Of a stretch of DNA of 61,832 nucleotides, positions 38,901 to 49,024 are shown in pieces. Made by a program: the position numbers and the translations under genes. Location: the sequence record SRR20825019_1354; one strand, written 5' to 3'. Positions within the stretch are counted from its first letter, which is position 1, and every line of letters starts with the position of its first letter. Under the pieces are notes generated by a model, which worked only from the letters and a program-made list of their open reading frames with translations, did no database searches and had not been told where the DNA came from.

Positions 38901-39355
38901 TGCGCGACTGTCTCGTCGATGCCTTCAAAACCAGGGGCCATGCCCGCCTCAAGCGGGAAACGACCGAGAAGCGCCTGACAAAAACTGTGGAAGGTCTGGA
39001 TCTGCAAACCGCCAGATAGATCAAGAACATAGGCAAACAACTGACGTGCACGAACTAGCATATCGGTGTCCGCAATCTCTTCGGTGCGGCGCGCGATCTC
39101 AGCAATCAGGGCCTCGTCCGGCATCATGGCCCAACGCCCAAGCTCCGCGAAGATGCGATTCTTCATTTCCGCGGCAGCGGCCTTGGTGAAAGTGAGACAG
39201 ACAATATTCTCAGGATCCGTGCCGGTCAGCATCAGCCTAAGTACGCGCGCTGTCAGGACGTGGGTTTTGCCTGTGCCCGCAGACGCCCCCACCCATGCCG
39301 TTAAATCAGGATGGGTAGCGCGCGCTTGCGCGTCTGTCATGCGGGGTTTGCTCAC
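35918..39355 (-). CDS. addA: DSB repair helicase-nuclease AddA
   Basis: ASAGTGKT, DEAQDT, YVALTRA and C-terminal PD-(D/E)xK (IVDYKT). Confidence 0.96.
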   Translation of the reverse strand: MSKPRMTDAQARATHPDLTAWVGASAGTGKTHVLTARVLRLMLTGTDPENIVCLTFTKAAAAEMKNRIFAELGRWAMMPDEALIAEIARRTEEIADTDMLVRARQLFAYVLDLSGGLQIQTFHSFCQALLGRFPLEAGMAPGFEGIDETVAQEMMAGAKDEMLAMTRRPEGAHVRRALDHVAGLVTELTFDEVIERLSFETSTLAAADKAYGKLGLAPALYRALDLTPGETRDVLFDQVTADAAFDITGLRAMGPVLLAGSKTETKVGEAVTAYTAAEGDKRKALFEGYMLAFLTKEGTPRKTVAVKKTLTAYPEFEAIIEKEQTRLIRIADRLNRIAAAEATVALLTLGLAQLDRYRALKTERGMVDFDDMIGRTVGLLARLDVAPWVLFKLDAQVDHILIDEAQDTNREQWRVVEALTAEFFSGEGASEKVRTVFAVGDAKQSIFSFQHADPKEFVAARDRVFHRAWQAELKAEPVPLNLSFRSGGAVLSLVDAVFDKGADAWHGLSADLEHVKHEFVRKGHGGMVELWPLEAPSVAEDESAEDGWVPPLIQENADDAEGRTAWRIARRIKAMITSGEMLEAQARAITPGDILVLVRRRTAFVDHLVRALKYLGVPVAGRDRMVLTDELPVMDLLALAHAALLPTDDLTLATVLKSPFVGLDDEQLFSLAYGRKGALWHALQAKAKDEPAFARALGFLQSVIRGADLLTPFEFFSHVLTELGGRAQLAARLGEEVHDPIDELMEEALRFEHTGTASLQAFIHRVEHGGTQIKRDMEAAGGQVRIMTAHSSKGLQAPIVFLSDLVSIPDIRREGRLVPIDAADPGKPPLLLWTSAAPGLALAEEKKAELKDKALHEYRRLLYVALTRAEDRLYIAGWQTEREPDPNCWYKAIESGFDRIGAEDVEAFAGYSVRRFIVPQTAPVVPREATASEGQALPPLPAWARAPMPDEPNPPKPLAPSKPDEDEPAATSPLARSSAARFERGRLIHSMLEWLPEIEKHAQQATAKRFLLRAGLDEKTANGFWQEVHGILEDAEFAPIFGPNSRAEVPIAGLVGTRAISGQVDRLVVTESDVLIVDYKTNRPPPRDAANVPEVYLKQMGLYARALQGIYPNHKIRAALLWTDISLLMELGKTQMDETLKRIGL

Positions 39356-42300
39356 GTATCCCCCTCCCCGCCATCGCCATCGCCATCGCCATCGCCATCA
39401 TCAAACGGATCATCTGCATTTCGCCACTCCTTCACCCGCGCCAGATGGTCATAGTCGCCATAACCAGTGTTTTTGGGGCGTGGGTTCGAAAGATAAGCTG
39501 TCTTCTCGTCAGAAAATGCCTCTACAAGCCCTCGAAGACCTTGTTCCGCTTCCGTAACAGATAAGTTCACGTCTTTGATTGGACGCTTTGGCTCATGCAC
39601 AGGATTGCCACCAGTGATGCGCCAGAAGATGAGATCAGAAACAGAGCTCGCGGGCACTCCTTCAAAGGCACCGCGTTCCGCGAGCCACGCTTCAAGCGGT
39701 AATTGTGGAGCAAAGCCAGCCGTTATCTGCCGTTCGGTCGGGATTGTACCTGTTTTATAATCGATAATGGTAAGCGAGCCATCTTCCCGGTTTCGGTCGA
39801 TCCTGTCCGCTTTGGCAAAAAGCGAGAAACCCGTGCCTGAAAGCTCGGCTTCGGCCCACTTTTCAATGGCCGCCACCTCAAACCTCTCGGCCCGCTCCTG
39901 CTCATTGGCGATAAACCATTCTGCGATGCGCTCAAACCTTGGCCACCAGAAGGCATAAACCGCTGGCTGGGTTAGCACAGGCTCAAAAACACGCCGCCCA
40001 ACGTCAAGCAGGCGCTCGTATCCCGCATCCCTTTTTGATGGTCCCTCTTCACTGAGGAACAGTTCAAGCGCCTCATGGAGCAATGTGCCTTTGGTCGAAG
40101 CGTTCGGCTTGTCGTCCAGCGGATCAAGTGGCTTAAGCCCCAGCACCTTCGCTGCATAAAGCGCGTATGGGTCTCGCATCCATGTTTCAACTTGCGTCAC
40201 TGACAAGCGCTTGGGCCGTGCTTCAAGGGGAGGCTTGGGTGCGGGCGGCAGAAGCGGTGCGGTTCGGGCAGATGCGTCTATCTGATGTGCCCAAGCAAGA
40301 TACTCGTCCGCCCGTGGCACCTCGCCGCCTGCAAGCGCCTCGATACGGAACAACCAACGGCTTGGTACCGTTGGTGCGCCGTCCACCTTCAGAGCCCGGG
40401 TCAGGATAACCTCGCCGCCGCTGGCGGCCTGAATAAAGTCATGCGCGGCCTGGCCTGTGCGTCGCTCAAGTGGTGGCAGGCCAAAGGTTTGCCGCATGGG
40501 TCGGTTCATCCATGGGTCGGGCTTGATCTCGCCCGGCCATGTGCCTTCGTTCATACCGCCAAGCACCATCACATCCGCACGCTGCAGCCGGGCTTCAAGC
40601 GTTCCCCATATAAAGAGCCGTGGGTGTTTGCGCCACACAGGGCGCACCGCAATACCTGCAAAAAGCTCCTCGAACAGCGCTGAATACCCTTCTGCCGACA
40701 CGCCCGAGATAGTGCCCGTTTCGCGCACCAGCTCAGCCAATGCGTCAGCAAGCGTCTGGCCTTCGTCACCTTTCCAAAGGACGCTAGCGCCTGCGGCCTC
40801 ATCTGACGCCGCCAGTGTTTCAGCCACCTCAACATGAACCTTCAGGAGGACATCCAAAAGCGTATCCTGCGCGAAAGCCGCCTCAAGGGGCTTTAGGCAT
40901 TTGATTGCGGCTTCGAGAACAGAGAGGTCACCGTCCCCAAAACCAGCCATTTTGTCAGCCGCAACAGCTTTCGCGCGTTTGAGCAAACCATCCAACCCGC
41001 CTGATGGCCGTACCCCGCGCAAGACAAACGTATCCAGCCTGCGCAGTGACGCGAGATACCCACGCCGGTCATGCCCGACCGAGACAAGCGGGTGCTGCAA
41101 AAGTGCGAGGAAACTGACAGGCGCGAACCTTTCGCTCAGCGCATTGGCGATCAAACCAAGGAAGCGCCCCGGCACAGTATTGAGCGCACGGTCACCACCC
41201 GAATCGTCCACCTCAATGCCCCAGCGTGCGAGCGCCGCGCGAACATGCCGCCCCAAGGCCCTATCAGGTGTTACGAGTGCCGCCGTGCGCCCCGGTGTCT
41301 CAAGCACCTCTCGCATCACAAGGGCAATTGCCGCCGCTTCTTCCCGCCTGGTAGGGGCGACGATTTTTCTGAGACCCTTGAACAGCTGGGTTTTATCTTG
41401 CGTTTGATACCCGAGCGAGAGCCAGCGCTCTGTCACCTCAGCTGGTAACAAGGCGTCACGAAACAGGGCGGCACGTTTAGGAGGTACGTGGTTGAGGCTT
41501 GGCCAGTCTCGCACCTCATGCCGGTTGGCACCAATGGTTTCCAACAAGTTTTTGAGCACACCATGGCTATGGGTGGCGTCTATCGCCTGCCACGCATCAT
41601 CCGGCATATTTCGGTCAAGTCCCGGCAACACAACTGCCCCCCCCGGCAACCGTGCCACAACAGACAGAAGCCGGGCTGTCGCCGGGATCGAACCAGTTGA
41701 ACCGGCGGCAATTACACGGCCCTTTGGCGGTTTATGTTCCCACAAATCTGCAAGGCTGCGCAGCATCTGGTCTCGTTTGGCGGCAGGGTTCATGACACCT
41801 TCAGCGTCAAGAATGGCAGGCCAATGCTGGGAAACGATGGTCAGGAACTCAAGGGTAATGTCCCAGTGATGGGCCAAGCCTTCCGGCACCAGATCTTTCA
41901 GGTCGTCAAAAGCAAGGCCTTCTGTCTCCAACTGGTCCATCAGCCGCGCAAGCTCTCCCGCCAGCCGCCAGCCTTGCGCCGGAGCAATGGCCCCGCCCAT
42001 CTCGGCCGCCTGCAACTGGCCCCACTTCATTACCTGCTGCATCAAGAGCGCTTGCCGACGCGTGGACGAAATTGCAGGCAAGGTATCTGACGGATCAAGC
42101 CCAAGCCCTGCACCGAGGAAGGTGATCTCTTCTTCATCAACCTCGCCAATGGGCCGCATAAACGGTAACACCATCGGCTTTTTGCCAACCAGCCGCAGAA
42201 ACGCCTCTCGCAGCGAGCGCTGCGCCCGCCGGTTTGGGACAAGGATGGTAGTGTCTGCAAGCTTAACCGGATCACCCTCTGCGTCGCGCAACAACACAGA

Positions 42301-42363
42301 AGCCAAGGCATCAACAAACGAGCGACTGGCATCGATCGTGTAAATTGTTGGCGCGCGAGACAT
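39352..42363 (-). CDS. addB: DSB repair protein AddB
   Basis: AAGSTGSIPATA, RDPYALYA, KADRID, IIDYKTG and DYDHLARVKEW. Confidence 0.96.
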   Translation of the reverse strand: MSRAPTIYTIDASRSFVDALASVLLRDAEGDPVKLADTTILVPNRRAQRSLREAFLRLVGKKPMVLPFMRPIGEVDEEEITFLGAGLGLDPSDTLPAISSTRRQALLMQQVMKWGQLQAAEMGGAIAPAQGWRLAGELARLMDQLETEGLAFDDLKDLVPEGLAHHWDITLEFLTIVSQHWPAILDAEGVMNPAAKRDQMLRSLADLWEHKPPKGRVIAAGSTGSIPATARLLSVVARLPGGAVVLPGLDRNMPDDAWQAIDATHSHGVLKNLLETIGANRHEVRDWPSLNHVPPKRAALFRDALLPAEVTERWLSLGYQTQDKTQLFKGLRKIVAPTRREEAAAIALVMREVLETPGRTAALVTPDRALGRHVRAALARWGIEVDDSGGDRALNTVPGRFLGLIANALSERFAPVSFLALLQHPLVSVGHDRRGYLASLRRLDTFVLRGVRPSGGLDGLLKRAKAVAADKMAGFGDGDLSVLEAAIKCLKPLEAAFAQDTLLDVLLKVHVEVAETLAASDEAAGASVLWKGDEGQTLADALAELVRETGTISGVSAEGYSALFEELFAGIAVRPVWRKHPRLFIWGTLEARLQRADVMVLGGMNEGTWPGEIKPDPWMNRPMRQTFGLPPLERRTGQAAHDFIQAASGGEVILTRALKVDGAPTVPSRWLFRIEALAGGEVPRADEYLAWAHQIDASARTAPLLPPAPKPPLEARPKRLSVTQVETWMRDPYALYAAKVLGLKPLDPLDDKPNASTKGTLLHEALELFLSEEGPSKRDAGYERLLDVGRRVFEPVLTQPAVYAFWWPRFERIAEWFIANEQERAERFEVAAIEKWAEAELSGTGFSLFAKADRIDRNREDGSLTIIDYKTGTIPTERQITAGFAPQLPLEAWLAERGAFEGVPASSVSDLIFWRITGGNPVHEPKRPIKDVNLSVTEAEQGLRGLVEAFSDEKTAYLSNPRPKNTGYGDYDHLARVKEWRNADDPFDDGDGDGDGDGGEGDT
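39370..39399. repeat. In-frame hexanucleotide tandem repeat (GCCATC)5 in the addB 3' end
   Basis: Encodes DGDGDGDGDG on the minus strand. Confidence 0.95.
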
Positions 42364-42364
42364 A

Positions 42365-43090
42365 TTAGCGAGCACCCACTTTGTTCATTTGGGTCTCCGC
42401 CTGAAGCACAGCATCAGGGGTGCCTACGTGAAACCATCGGCCGTCATGCACCAAGCCATACAATCGACCGCGCGCGGCAGCCTTGCGAAAAATTTCGCGG
42501 TTCGACCATGCGCCTTCAGGCATGTCGTCGTACATCGAGGGCGCCACAATCTGGATACCGCCAAACATGACGGGGGCACTTGGTGCGTCTCCCCTGAAGT
42601 CGATCGGCGTTAGCACCTTACCTTCGTGGGCAGGAATGAAATCACCAGGCCCGTCATAACCAAGCGCGTCTTCCGTGCGCACCAGAAGGAGCAGTACATC
42701 CATCACCCTTGGCTCAAAAGCCTGCCGTAAGCGTGTGAGCGCTGGCACGGCACCGTCAAGCCATAGCGCATCGCTATTGATCGCAAAAAAGGGCTGCTTA
42801 CCCAACAGCGGCAGTGCTTTTTTGACGCCGCCGCCTGTATCCAGCAAAGCATCACGCTCATTAGAGATACGCACCCTGCCATCTGCGATGCGAGGACTGA
42901 GGTGTGCCTCTATCTGGCCCGCCAGATGATGCACGTTCACGACCACAGGGCCGATGTCAGCCGCATCAAGTTTCTCAAAGGTATGATCAAGCAGTGGTTT
43001 GCCAGCAACGGGCACCAAAGGTTTTGGCGTTATTTGAGACATTGGCCCCATACGGGTGCCGAGCCCTGCTGACAGCACAATCGCCCTCAT
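42365..43090 (-). CDS. murU: MurU-like N-acetylmuramate-1-phosphate uridylyltransferase
   Basis: LSAGLGTRM..TPKPL, LDTGGG and WFHVGTP; synteny with addBA. Confidence 0.82.
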   Translation of the reverse strand: MRAIVLSAGLGTRMGPMSQITPKPLVPVAGKPLLDHTFEKLDAADIGPVVVNVHHLAGQIEAHLSPRIADGRVRISNERDALLDTGGGVKKALPLLGKQPFFAINSDALWLDGAVPALTRLRQAFEPRVMDVLLLLVRTEDALGYDGPGDFIPAHEGKVLTPIDFRGDAPSAPVMFGGIQIVAPSMYDDMPEGAWSNREIFRKAAARGRLYGLVHDGRWFHVGTPDAVLQAETQMNKVGAR

Positions 43091-43566
43091 GAACCGAGCT
43101 CCGCTTCCAGCGCTTGCCAACGCGCGGGATCGCCGCGGAAGGTAATATGGCGCGCACCGTCTGTTGTTATGTCGATTTCAAGCTCTAGGGCATCCGCCCA
43201 CCATTCCTCTGGCATTCTGTCTGGCCACTCAATCAGGCAGATAGCGGATGCTAGCGCTTCTTCAATGCCAAGCTCAAACACATCTTCCGGGTCGCTGAGG
43301 CGGTAAAGGTCCGCGTGCCAGATCTCCCCTCCGCCTGCGAGGTCATACGTCTGGACAAGTGTGAACGTGGGGCTGGGCACCTCCGCTGTCTCATCCGACA
43401 ATGCGGCCCGGATAAAGGCCCGCGCGAAGGTCGATTTCCCGGCACCCAAATCGCCCGTAAGCGCCACCAGCGTACCAGACCGAAGCGTGGCCGCAAGCGC
43501 GGCGGCCAGCGCCTTGGTGTCGGCTTCTGTCTTGCAGCTTCGTTCAAAAATTGGGGTGTGACGCAT
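43087..43566 (-). CDS. tsaE: tRNA threonylcarbamoyladenosine biosynthesis ATPase
   Basis: GDLGAGKS, VPSPTFTL, HADLYRL and IEWP. Confidence 0.96.
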   Translation of the reverse strand: MRHTPIFERSCKTEADTKALAAALAATLRSGTLVALTGDLGAGKSTFARAFIRAALSDETAEVPSPTFTLVQTYDLAGGGEIWHADLYRLSDPEDVFELGIEEALASAICLIEWPDRMPEEWWADALELEIDITTDGARHITFRGDPARWQALEAELGS

Positions 43567-43616
43567 AGGGTATTATTCTCTACTGCCCGCGCATTACGCC
43601 AGCGGTTTGATGGCTG

Positions 43617-45983
43617 TTAAACCTTTTTAGGCACCGGTTGCTTTCTCGGCAAAGTACAGCTCAGCGCCAACCCTTCGCCGCCATGGGGCTCCAGCTGAAT
43701 ACTGCCGTGATGGAGGCCCACAATACTGCGCACAAGCGCCAGATCAAGGCCTGTCGCGCGTCGCCCACCGGGCGAAGCCCCCATGGCCACGGTCGCCACC
43801 AATCGGTCACGTTCCCGCGGGGTCAAGCCGGAGTCCGAGTTATAGATTGCTGCGGTTACCGTTTCTTCACCCGCCTTGAGCTGTAGGGACAACTCCCCAC
43901 CGTAACGTGCGAAATTCAGCATGGAAGAGACCATGTTGTAGAAGATCTGTTTAAGGCGGCGCCTGTCTGCCTCTATCACCCCAACAGCTTCACAGGCATC
44001 GAGGTTAAGCGTGATATCAATCTTGCGGGCGATGTCTGCCGCAAGTGTGGACGCTTCCTCAAGTGCATCTGTAACGTCGGTATCTTCAAGTTCGAGCTTG
44101 GCTTCGCCAGCGTCGAGCACCGCGAGATCAAGAACGTCCGCAATCAGCACCTTCAAATCGTCAGACGCGCTGAGGATGTTTTTAACGTAATCAGCCTGAT
44201 GGTTATTGAGGTCACCAAACATCTTCTGGTCGAGCATTTCGGCAAAACCAATGATAGAGTTAAGCGGCGTCCTGAGCTCGTAGGACATATTGGTGATGAA
44301 CTCACTTTTCAGCCTGTCTGCCGCTTCCAGTGCGCTTGAGCGCTCACGGAGTGCTTGTTCCACCTTGAAACTATCCGTCACATCGCTTTGCGTCAGCATA
44401 ACGCCGCCATCCGGCAGTGGCACAAGTGCATAATCCACCACAAGGCCGTCCGCGCGATACCAACGACCCGACCGGTGGCAGCGTTCTGACACCGATGCCG
44501 TCAGCTTTTTACCAAAATCAAGCTCACCGTCGATATGACCATGCGTGTCATCCACCTTGAGTCTCTCTATAAGGTCAGAAAGATGGGGTTTGCCCTCAAG
44601 CTGTTCATCCTGCAGCTGCCACATTTCCTGGAATGCCGGGTTTGAGAGCTGCAGGCGCGCATCTGTGCCGAACACGGCGATGCTTTCACGCATGTTATCA
44701 AGCGTTTCCTGTTGCACGGCAATGAGGGTGTTGTAGGAGCGTTCGAGCGCCAGTTTGTCTGTCACATCCTCAAAAAGGATCAAAAGCCCACCCAAGGGAT
44801 GTGGCTGAGTAACCACCCTGTGGGCTGTGCCGTCCGGCAAGTGCCACATTTCCTCGAACGGCTCCAGAAGCGAGGTATAGTGCCTGAGCACATTCTTCTT
44901 CCACTGCGGGAAATCAACCTGCTCCGGCAACCTGCGGTGTTCCCGCATTGCATCAAGAAGCTCGCTATGCCTGATCTCCGATGAAAGCAAATCCTCTGAC
45001 AAATGGGATAGCCGCGTAAAGGCACTATTATAGAACCGCAGGGTTTGCCCTGGCCCGAAAATAGCAACGGGGCTCCTCAGCCTGTTCAAGGTTTCCGACT
45101 GGCTTTCGAGAACACGGGAAAGCTCCGACAAGGCTTCCTCTTCACCGGTTACGTCTACCGCGATCCCCATGATATTGCCGTCATCGTCAAACGGCATGTT
45201 GATGACCGAGAAAGCCCGGCGCTGGCCGTCAATCACACCAAAACGACGTTCGCGGACACGTTGGCCTGTCTCCCTCGCCTTCCGGGCAGAGGAAAGGCTG
45301 CCTTTGTCGAAAAGCTCAACACCGCGCTCCACCACATCAAAAACATTCTCGCCGTCAACGGCTTCCACATAGGCATAGTTTACTTCGACAAGCGCAAAAT
45401 CAGGCCCCCGCACCCACACCGGGAACGGCAGATTATTAAACGCGCGGGTCATATCCTGCAGCCGCAACTCAAGAGCACGCACACCTTGTCGGTGACCACG
45501 TGTGGGCCGGTCCCGCGCTTCCTCAACCCACAACACACTGGCGGGCCAACGGCTGCCCGAAGACGGCAGCGTTTGCACGTCAATGATCAGGCGGGGATGG
45601 TCCTTGCCTTGATACACAACATAGGGAGACGAGATTTCCTTATTGGCGTTCAGGTCGCGTTTCAGCTCCCCCACCACGCGGGACGGGATAACCGTGCCGC
45701 GTTCAGCCAGATCATCCAGATTATGTGCTTTTCCCGAGACACCCAGAAGCGCAAGGGTTCCGACGTCTGCCTGCAGGCGTCCGTCGGGCCATAACCAGAC
45801 CGGATGGCGCCTGTCTGAGCGAATCATCGTATCAAGAAAACCCGCAAGCTCCTGCAAGCTGTGGGCGCGGTCTGTCATCCGCCCGGCACGCCAAAGCGCG
45901 CTCAGGCTAACACCAACCCACGCCAGCGCCACAAAGGCGATGATAATCCAAAGGCTTAATGGTGACAGATCAACACCGGTCAT
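43617..45983 (-). CDS. divL: DivL-type PAS pseudo-histidine kinase (Tyr at the phospho-His position)
   Basis: H-box reads NMSYELRTPL; multiple PAS domains; one N-terminal TM; degenerate N and G boxes; conserved position upstream of tsaE; start 45983-46001 uncertain. Confidence 0.88.
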   Translation of the reverse strand: MTGVDLSPLSLWIIIAFVALAWVGVSLSALWRAGRMTDRAHSLQELAGFLDTMIRSDRRHPVWLWPDGRLQADVGTLALLGVSGKAHNLDDLAERGTVIPSRVVGELKRDLNANKEISSPYVVYQGKDHPRLIIDVQTLPSSGSRWPASVLWVEEARDRPTRGHRQGVRALELRLQDMTRAFNNLPFPVWVRGPDFALVEVNYAYVEAVDGENVFDVVERGVELFDKGSLSSARKARETGQRVRERRFGVIDGQRRAFSVINMPFDDDGNIMGIAVDVTGEEEALSELSRVLESQSETLNRLRSPVAIFGPGQTLRFYNSAFTRLSHLSEDLLSSEIRHSELLDAMREHRRLPEQVDFPQWKKNVLRHYTSLLEPFEEMWHLPDGTAHRVVTQPHPLGGLLILFEDVTDKLALERSYNTLIAVQQETLDNMRESIAVFGTDARLQLSNPAFQEMWQLQDEQLEGKPHLSDLIERLKVDDTHGHIDGELDFGKKLTASVSERCHRSGRWYRADGLVVDYALVPLPDGGVMLTQSDVTDSFKVEQALRERSSALEAADRLKSEFITNMSYELRTPLNSIIGFAEMLDQKMFGDLNNHQADYVKNILSASDDLKVLIADVLDLAVLDAGEAKLELEDTDVTDALEEASTLAADIARKIDITLNLDACEAVGVIEADRRRLKQIFYNMVSSMLNFARYGGELSLQLKAGEETVTAAIYNSDSGLTPRERDRLVATVAMGASPGGRRATGLDLALVRSIVGLHHGSIQLEPHGGEGLALSCTLPRKQPVPKKV

Positions 45984-46059
45984 GGACATGCACTCCCTCA
46001 TTCCGTGACAGAGTGACAGTAGCCTCTAACCTCCCGTCAGCACAAGGCGCTGATTGAAG

Positions 46060-46410
46060 CTAGCTATGGGTAAGAACGTTTAAAATTCGCCCGGCAGGGT
46101 CTTGCATATAAAAACGACGTACGCCCCAGGGCTCATCGGCAGGGCCATAAACAATCTTATGCCCACCCTTATTGGCTCTCTCAAACACGTCATCCAGATT
46201 ATCCACCTCAATCGAGAGGTCTGGCACCTCGGTGCCGGAGCCACCTTCCGTCGCCACACTCAATTGCACGAGGGCAGACGTGGACGGGGAGAGCGTTACG
46301 AGCCAACCGTGGTCCATCACGACATCAAGATCAAATATCTCCTGATAAAAGGTCTTGATCGTATCGATATCTTTCACCGCCAGGTTGGAGACAATTCGCT
46401 TCACTGTCAT
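46060..46410 (-). CDS. VOC / glyoxalase-bleomycin resistance family protein
   Basis: VVMDHGW, PDLSIEVD and DEPWGVRRFY..DP.G. Confidence 0.9.
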   Translation of the reverse strand: MTVKRIVSNLAVKDIDTIKTFYQEIFDLDVVMDHGWLVTLSPSTSALVQLSVATEGGSGTEVPDLSIEVDNLDDVFERANKGGHKIVYGPADEPWGVRRFYMQDPAGRILNVLTHS

Positions 46411-46471
46411 GGGTCTTCTCCCTTTTTTCGAGACCCTAACCGGCCTTGATGTGCGCCACAACCCGAGCGAT

Positions 46472-46504
46472 AAAAAACCGCAGCAAACTGTGTTCGCTGC
46501 GGTT
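46472..46504 (-). terminator. Rho-independent terminator after metK
   Basis: Minus strand AACCGCAGCGAAC-ACA-GTTTGCTGCGGTTTTTT. Confidence 0.85.
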
Positions 46505-46525
46505 CAATGTTTGGAAGTCGCTTAT

Positions 46526-47695
46526 TTAAACGCCAAACTCAACTTTCAGCGCGTCAACGAGGTCCGTACGTTCCCATGAAAAACCACCATCCGCCGTTGG
46601 TTTGCGGCCAAAGTGACCATACGCCGACGTGCGAGTATAAATGGGTTTGTTCAGGCTCAGGTGTTCACGAATGCCGCGGGGGCTCAGGTTCACCATGTCC
46701 TGCAGAACGCGAGACAAACGATGCGGGTCAATACCCGCGTCGTTAGCCCAAAGGTCCACATAAACAGCGAGCGGTTTGGACACGCCAATCGCGTAAGCGA
46801 GCTGGATGGTGCAGTTGGTGGACAGACCTGCCGCTACCACGTTTTTTGCAAGGTAACGCGCCGCATATGCCGCTGACCGGTCAACCTTGGTTGGGTCTTT
46901 TCCTGAGAAAGCACCGCCACCATGAGGGGCCGCACCACCGTATGTATCAACGATAATTTTACGACCCGTAAGGCCCGCGTCACCATCAGGCCCACCAATG
47001 ACAAATTTACCTGTTGGGTTAACGTAAAACTCGTCTTCCGGGCACATCCAGCCTTCCGGCAAAACACCCTCAACATGACGACGCACTAGCGCACGCAGGT
47101 CTTCCTGGCTAACGCCTTCCTTGTGCTGGGTTGAGACAACAACGGTCGTCGCGCCAACGGGTTTGCCGTCTACATATTTGAGTGTCACCTGGCTTTTGCT
47201 ATCGGGCTCCAGCTCCGGGCTTTCACCCGAATGACGCGCAGCAGCAAGCGATTTCAAAATGCGGTGTGAATAGTCAATCGGCGCTGGCATCAGACTTTCG
47301 GTTTCGTCACACGCATAGCCAAACATGATGCCCTGGTCGCCCGCGCCTTCATCCTTGTTGCCCGCGGCATCCACACCCTGCGCAATATCGGCCGACTGCT
47401 CATGCAGGTGGTTTTCAAAAACAGCGTTTTTCCAATGGAAACCTTCTTGCTCGTACCCGATCTCGCGCACGGCGTTCCGTGCCACTTCTTCGATATCGTC
47501 CGACGTGATCGACTGCGGCCCACGCACCTCACCCGCAAGTATAATGCGGTTGGTCGTGACCATGGTTTCACACGCCACGCGCGCCTCGCTCTCCTGGCCC
47601 AGATAAAGGTCAACCACACCGTCAGAGATGCGGTCTGCTACTTTATCCGGATGCCCTTCAGAAACCGATTCACTTGTGAATACATATTCTTTCAT
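46526..47695 (-). CDS. metK: S-adenosylmethionine synthetase
   Basis: [19 protein letters not shown] and GGGAFSGKD. Confidence 0.98.
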   Translation of the reverse strand: MKEYVFTSESVSEGHPDKVADRISDGVVDLYLGQESEARVACETMVTTNRIILAGEVRGPQSITSDDIEEVARNAVREIGYEQEGFHWKNAVFENHLHEQSADIAQGVDAAGNKDEGAGDQGIMFGYACDETESLMPAPIDYSHRILKSLAAARHSGESPELEPDSKSQVTLKYVDGKPVGATTVVVSTQHKEGVSQEDLRALVRRHVEGVLPEGWMCPEDEFYVNPTGKFVIGGPDGDAGLTGRKIIVDTYGGAAPHGGGAFSGKDPTKVDRSAAYAARYLAKNVVAAGLSTNCTIQLAYAIGVSKPLAVYVDLWANDAGIDPHRLSRVLQDMVNLSPRGIREHLSLNKPIYTRTSAYGHFGRKPTADGGFSWERTDLVDALKVEFGV

Positions 47696-47737
47696 CAAAT
47701 CCTCTTTTCGCGGAAGATGTCAGCAAGCGTGCTGCGC

Positions 47738-49024
47738 TTAATAGCGGTAATGTTCTGGCTTGAACGGGCCCTGAACCTTGAGACCAAGATATTTGGCCTG
47801 GTCTTCAGACAGTTTGGTCAACTTCGCACCAAGCTTCGCGAGGTGAAGTGACGCCACTTTCTCATCAAGGTGTTTCGGCAGGACATACACATCCAGGCCG
47901 TATTTGTCGGCATTGTTCCAAAGCTCAATTTGCGCCAGCACCTGGTTGGTGAAGCTGGCTGACATCACAAAGCTTGGGTGGCCGGTTGCGCAACCAAGGT
48001 TTACAAGGCGACCTTTAGCCAGAACGATCAAACGTTTGCCGTCCGGGAACACAACTTCGTCCACCTGTGGCTTCACTTCTTCCCACTTATAATTAGCGAG
48101 GCTCGCGATCTGGATTTCGCTATCGAAGTGGCCGATGTTGCACACAATGGCACGGTCTTTCATATCGCGCATGTGCTCAAGGCGGATAACGTCCTTGTTG
48201 CCTGTCGCGGTTACGAAAATATCGCCGATGGAAGCTGCGTCATCCATGGTGGTGACTTCATAACCTTCCATTGCGGCCTGCAGCGCACAAATCGGGTCAA
48301 TCTCAGTAACCATCACACGAGCACCCTGGCTGCGGAGCGATTCGGCGCTGCCTTTACCCACGTCACCATAGCCGCATACCACAGCAATCTTGCCTGCAAT
48401 CATCACATCAGTCGCACGCTTCACACCGTCCACCAGACTTTCACGGCAACCATAAAGGTTATCGAACTTGGATTTGGTCACGCTGTCATTCACGTTGATT
48501 GCTGGTACCTTGAGACGGCCTTCTTTTGCCATCTCATAAAGCCGCATAACGCCAGTTGTGGTTTCTTCAGAGATGCCGCGCACACCATCCATCAGCTCAG
48601 GATAGTCGTTATGCATGATCACTGTCAGATCACCGCCGTCATCAAGGATCATGTTCGGCACCCAGCCGTCAGGACCTTTGATAGTCTGGTGGATACACCA
48701 TTCTGCTTCCTCTTCCGTTTCACCCTTCCAGGCAAAAACAGGAATGCCCGACGCAGCCATAGCGGCAGCTGCCTGATCCTGGGTCGAGAAGATGTTACAG
48801 CTGGACCAACGCACTTCAGCGCCAAGCGCCGTCAGCGTTTCGATCAGGACAGCTGTTTGAATGGTCATATGCAGGCAGCCCGCAATGCGCGCGCCCTTAA
48901 GAGGTTTCTTTTCGCCAAATTCTTCCCGAAGCGCCATCAAGCCCGGCATCTCGGTTTCAGCAATGTTGATTTCTTTCCGCCCCCAGTCGGCAAGCGAAAT
49001 GTCGGCTACTTTATAATCTGTCAT
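47738..49024 (-). CDS. ahcY: Adenosylhomocysteinase
   Basis: [23 protein letters not shown] and GYGDVGKG. Confidence 0.98.
   Translation of the reverse strand: MTDYKVADISLADWGRKEINIAETEMPGLMALREEFGEKKPLKGARIAGCLHMTIQTAVLIETLTALGAEVRWSSCNIFSTQDQAAAAMAASGIPVFAWKGETEEEAEWCIHQTIKGPDGWVPNMILDDGGDLTVIMHNDYPELMDGVRGISEETTTGVMRLYEMAKEGRLKVPAINVNDSVTKSKFDNLYGCRESLVDGVKRATDVMIAGKIAVVCGYGDVGKGSAESLRSQGARVMVTEIDPICALQAAMEGYEVTTMDDAASIGDIFVTATGNKDVIRLEHMRDMKDRAIVCNIGHFDSEIQIASLANYKWEEVKPQVDEVVFPDGKRLIVLAKGRLVNLGCATGHPSFVMSASFTNQVLAQIELWNNADKYGLDVYVLPKHLDEKVASLHLAKLGAKLTKLSEDQAKYLGLKVQGPFKPEHYRY

Noticed and set aside
39352-42363. AddB lacks the Fe-S cysteines of Bacillus AddB
   Set aside because: Normal for alphaproteobacterial AddB.
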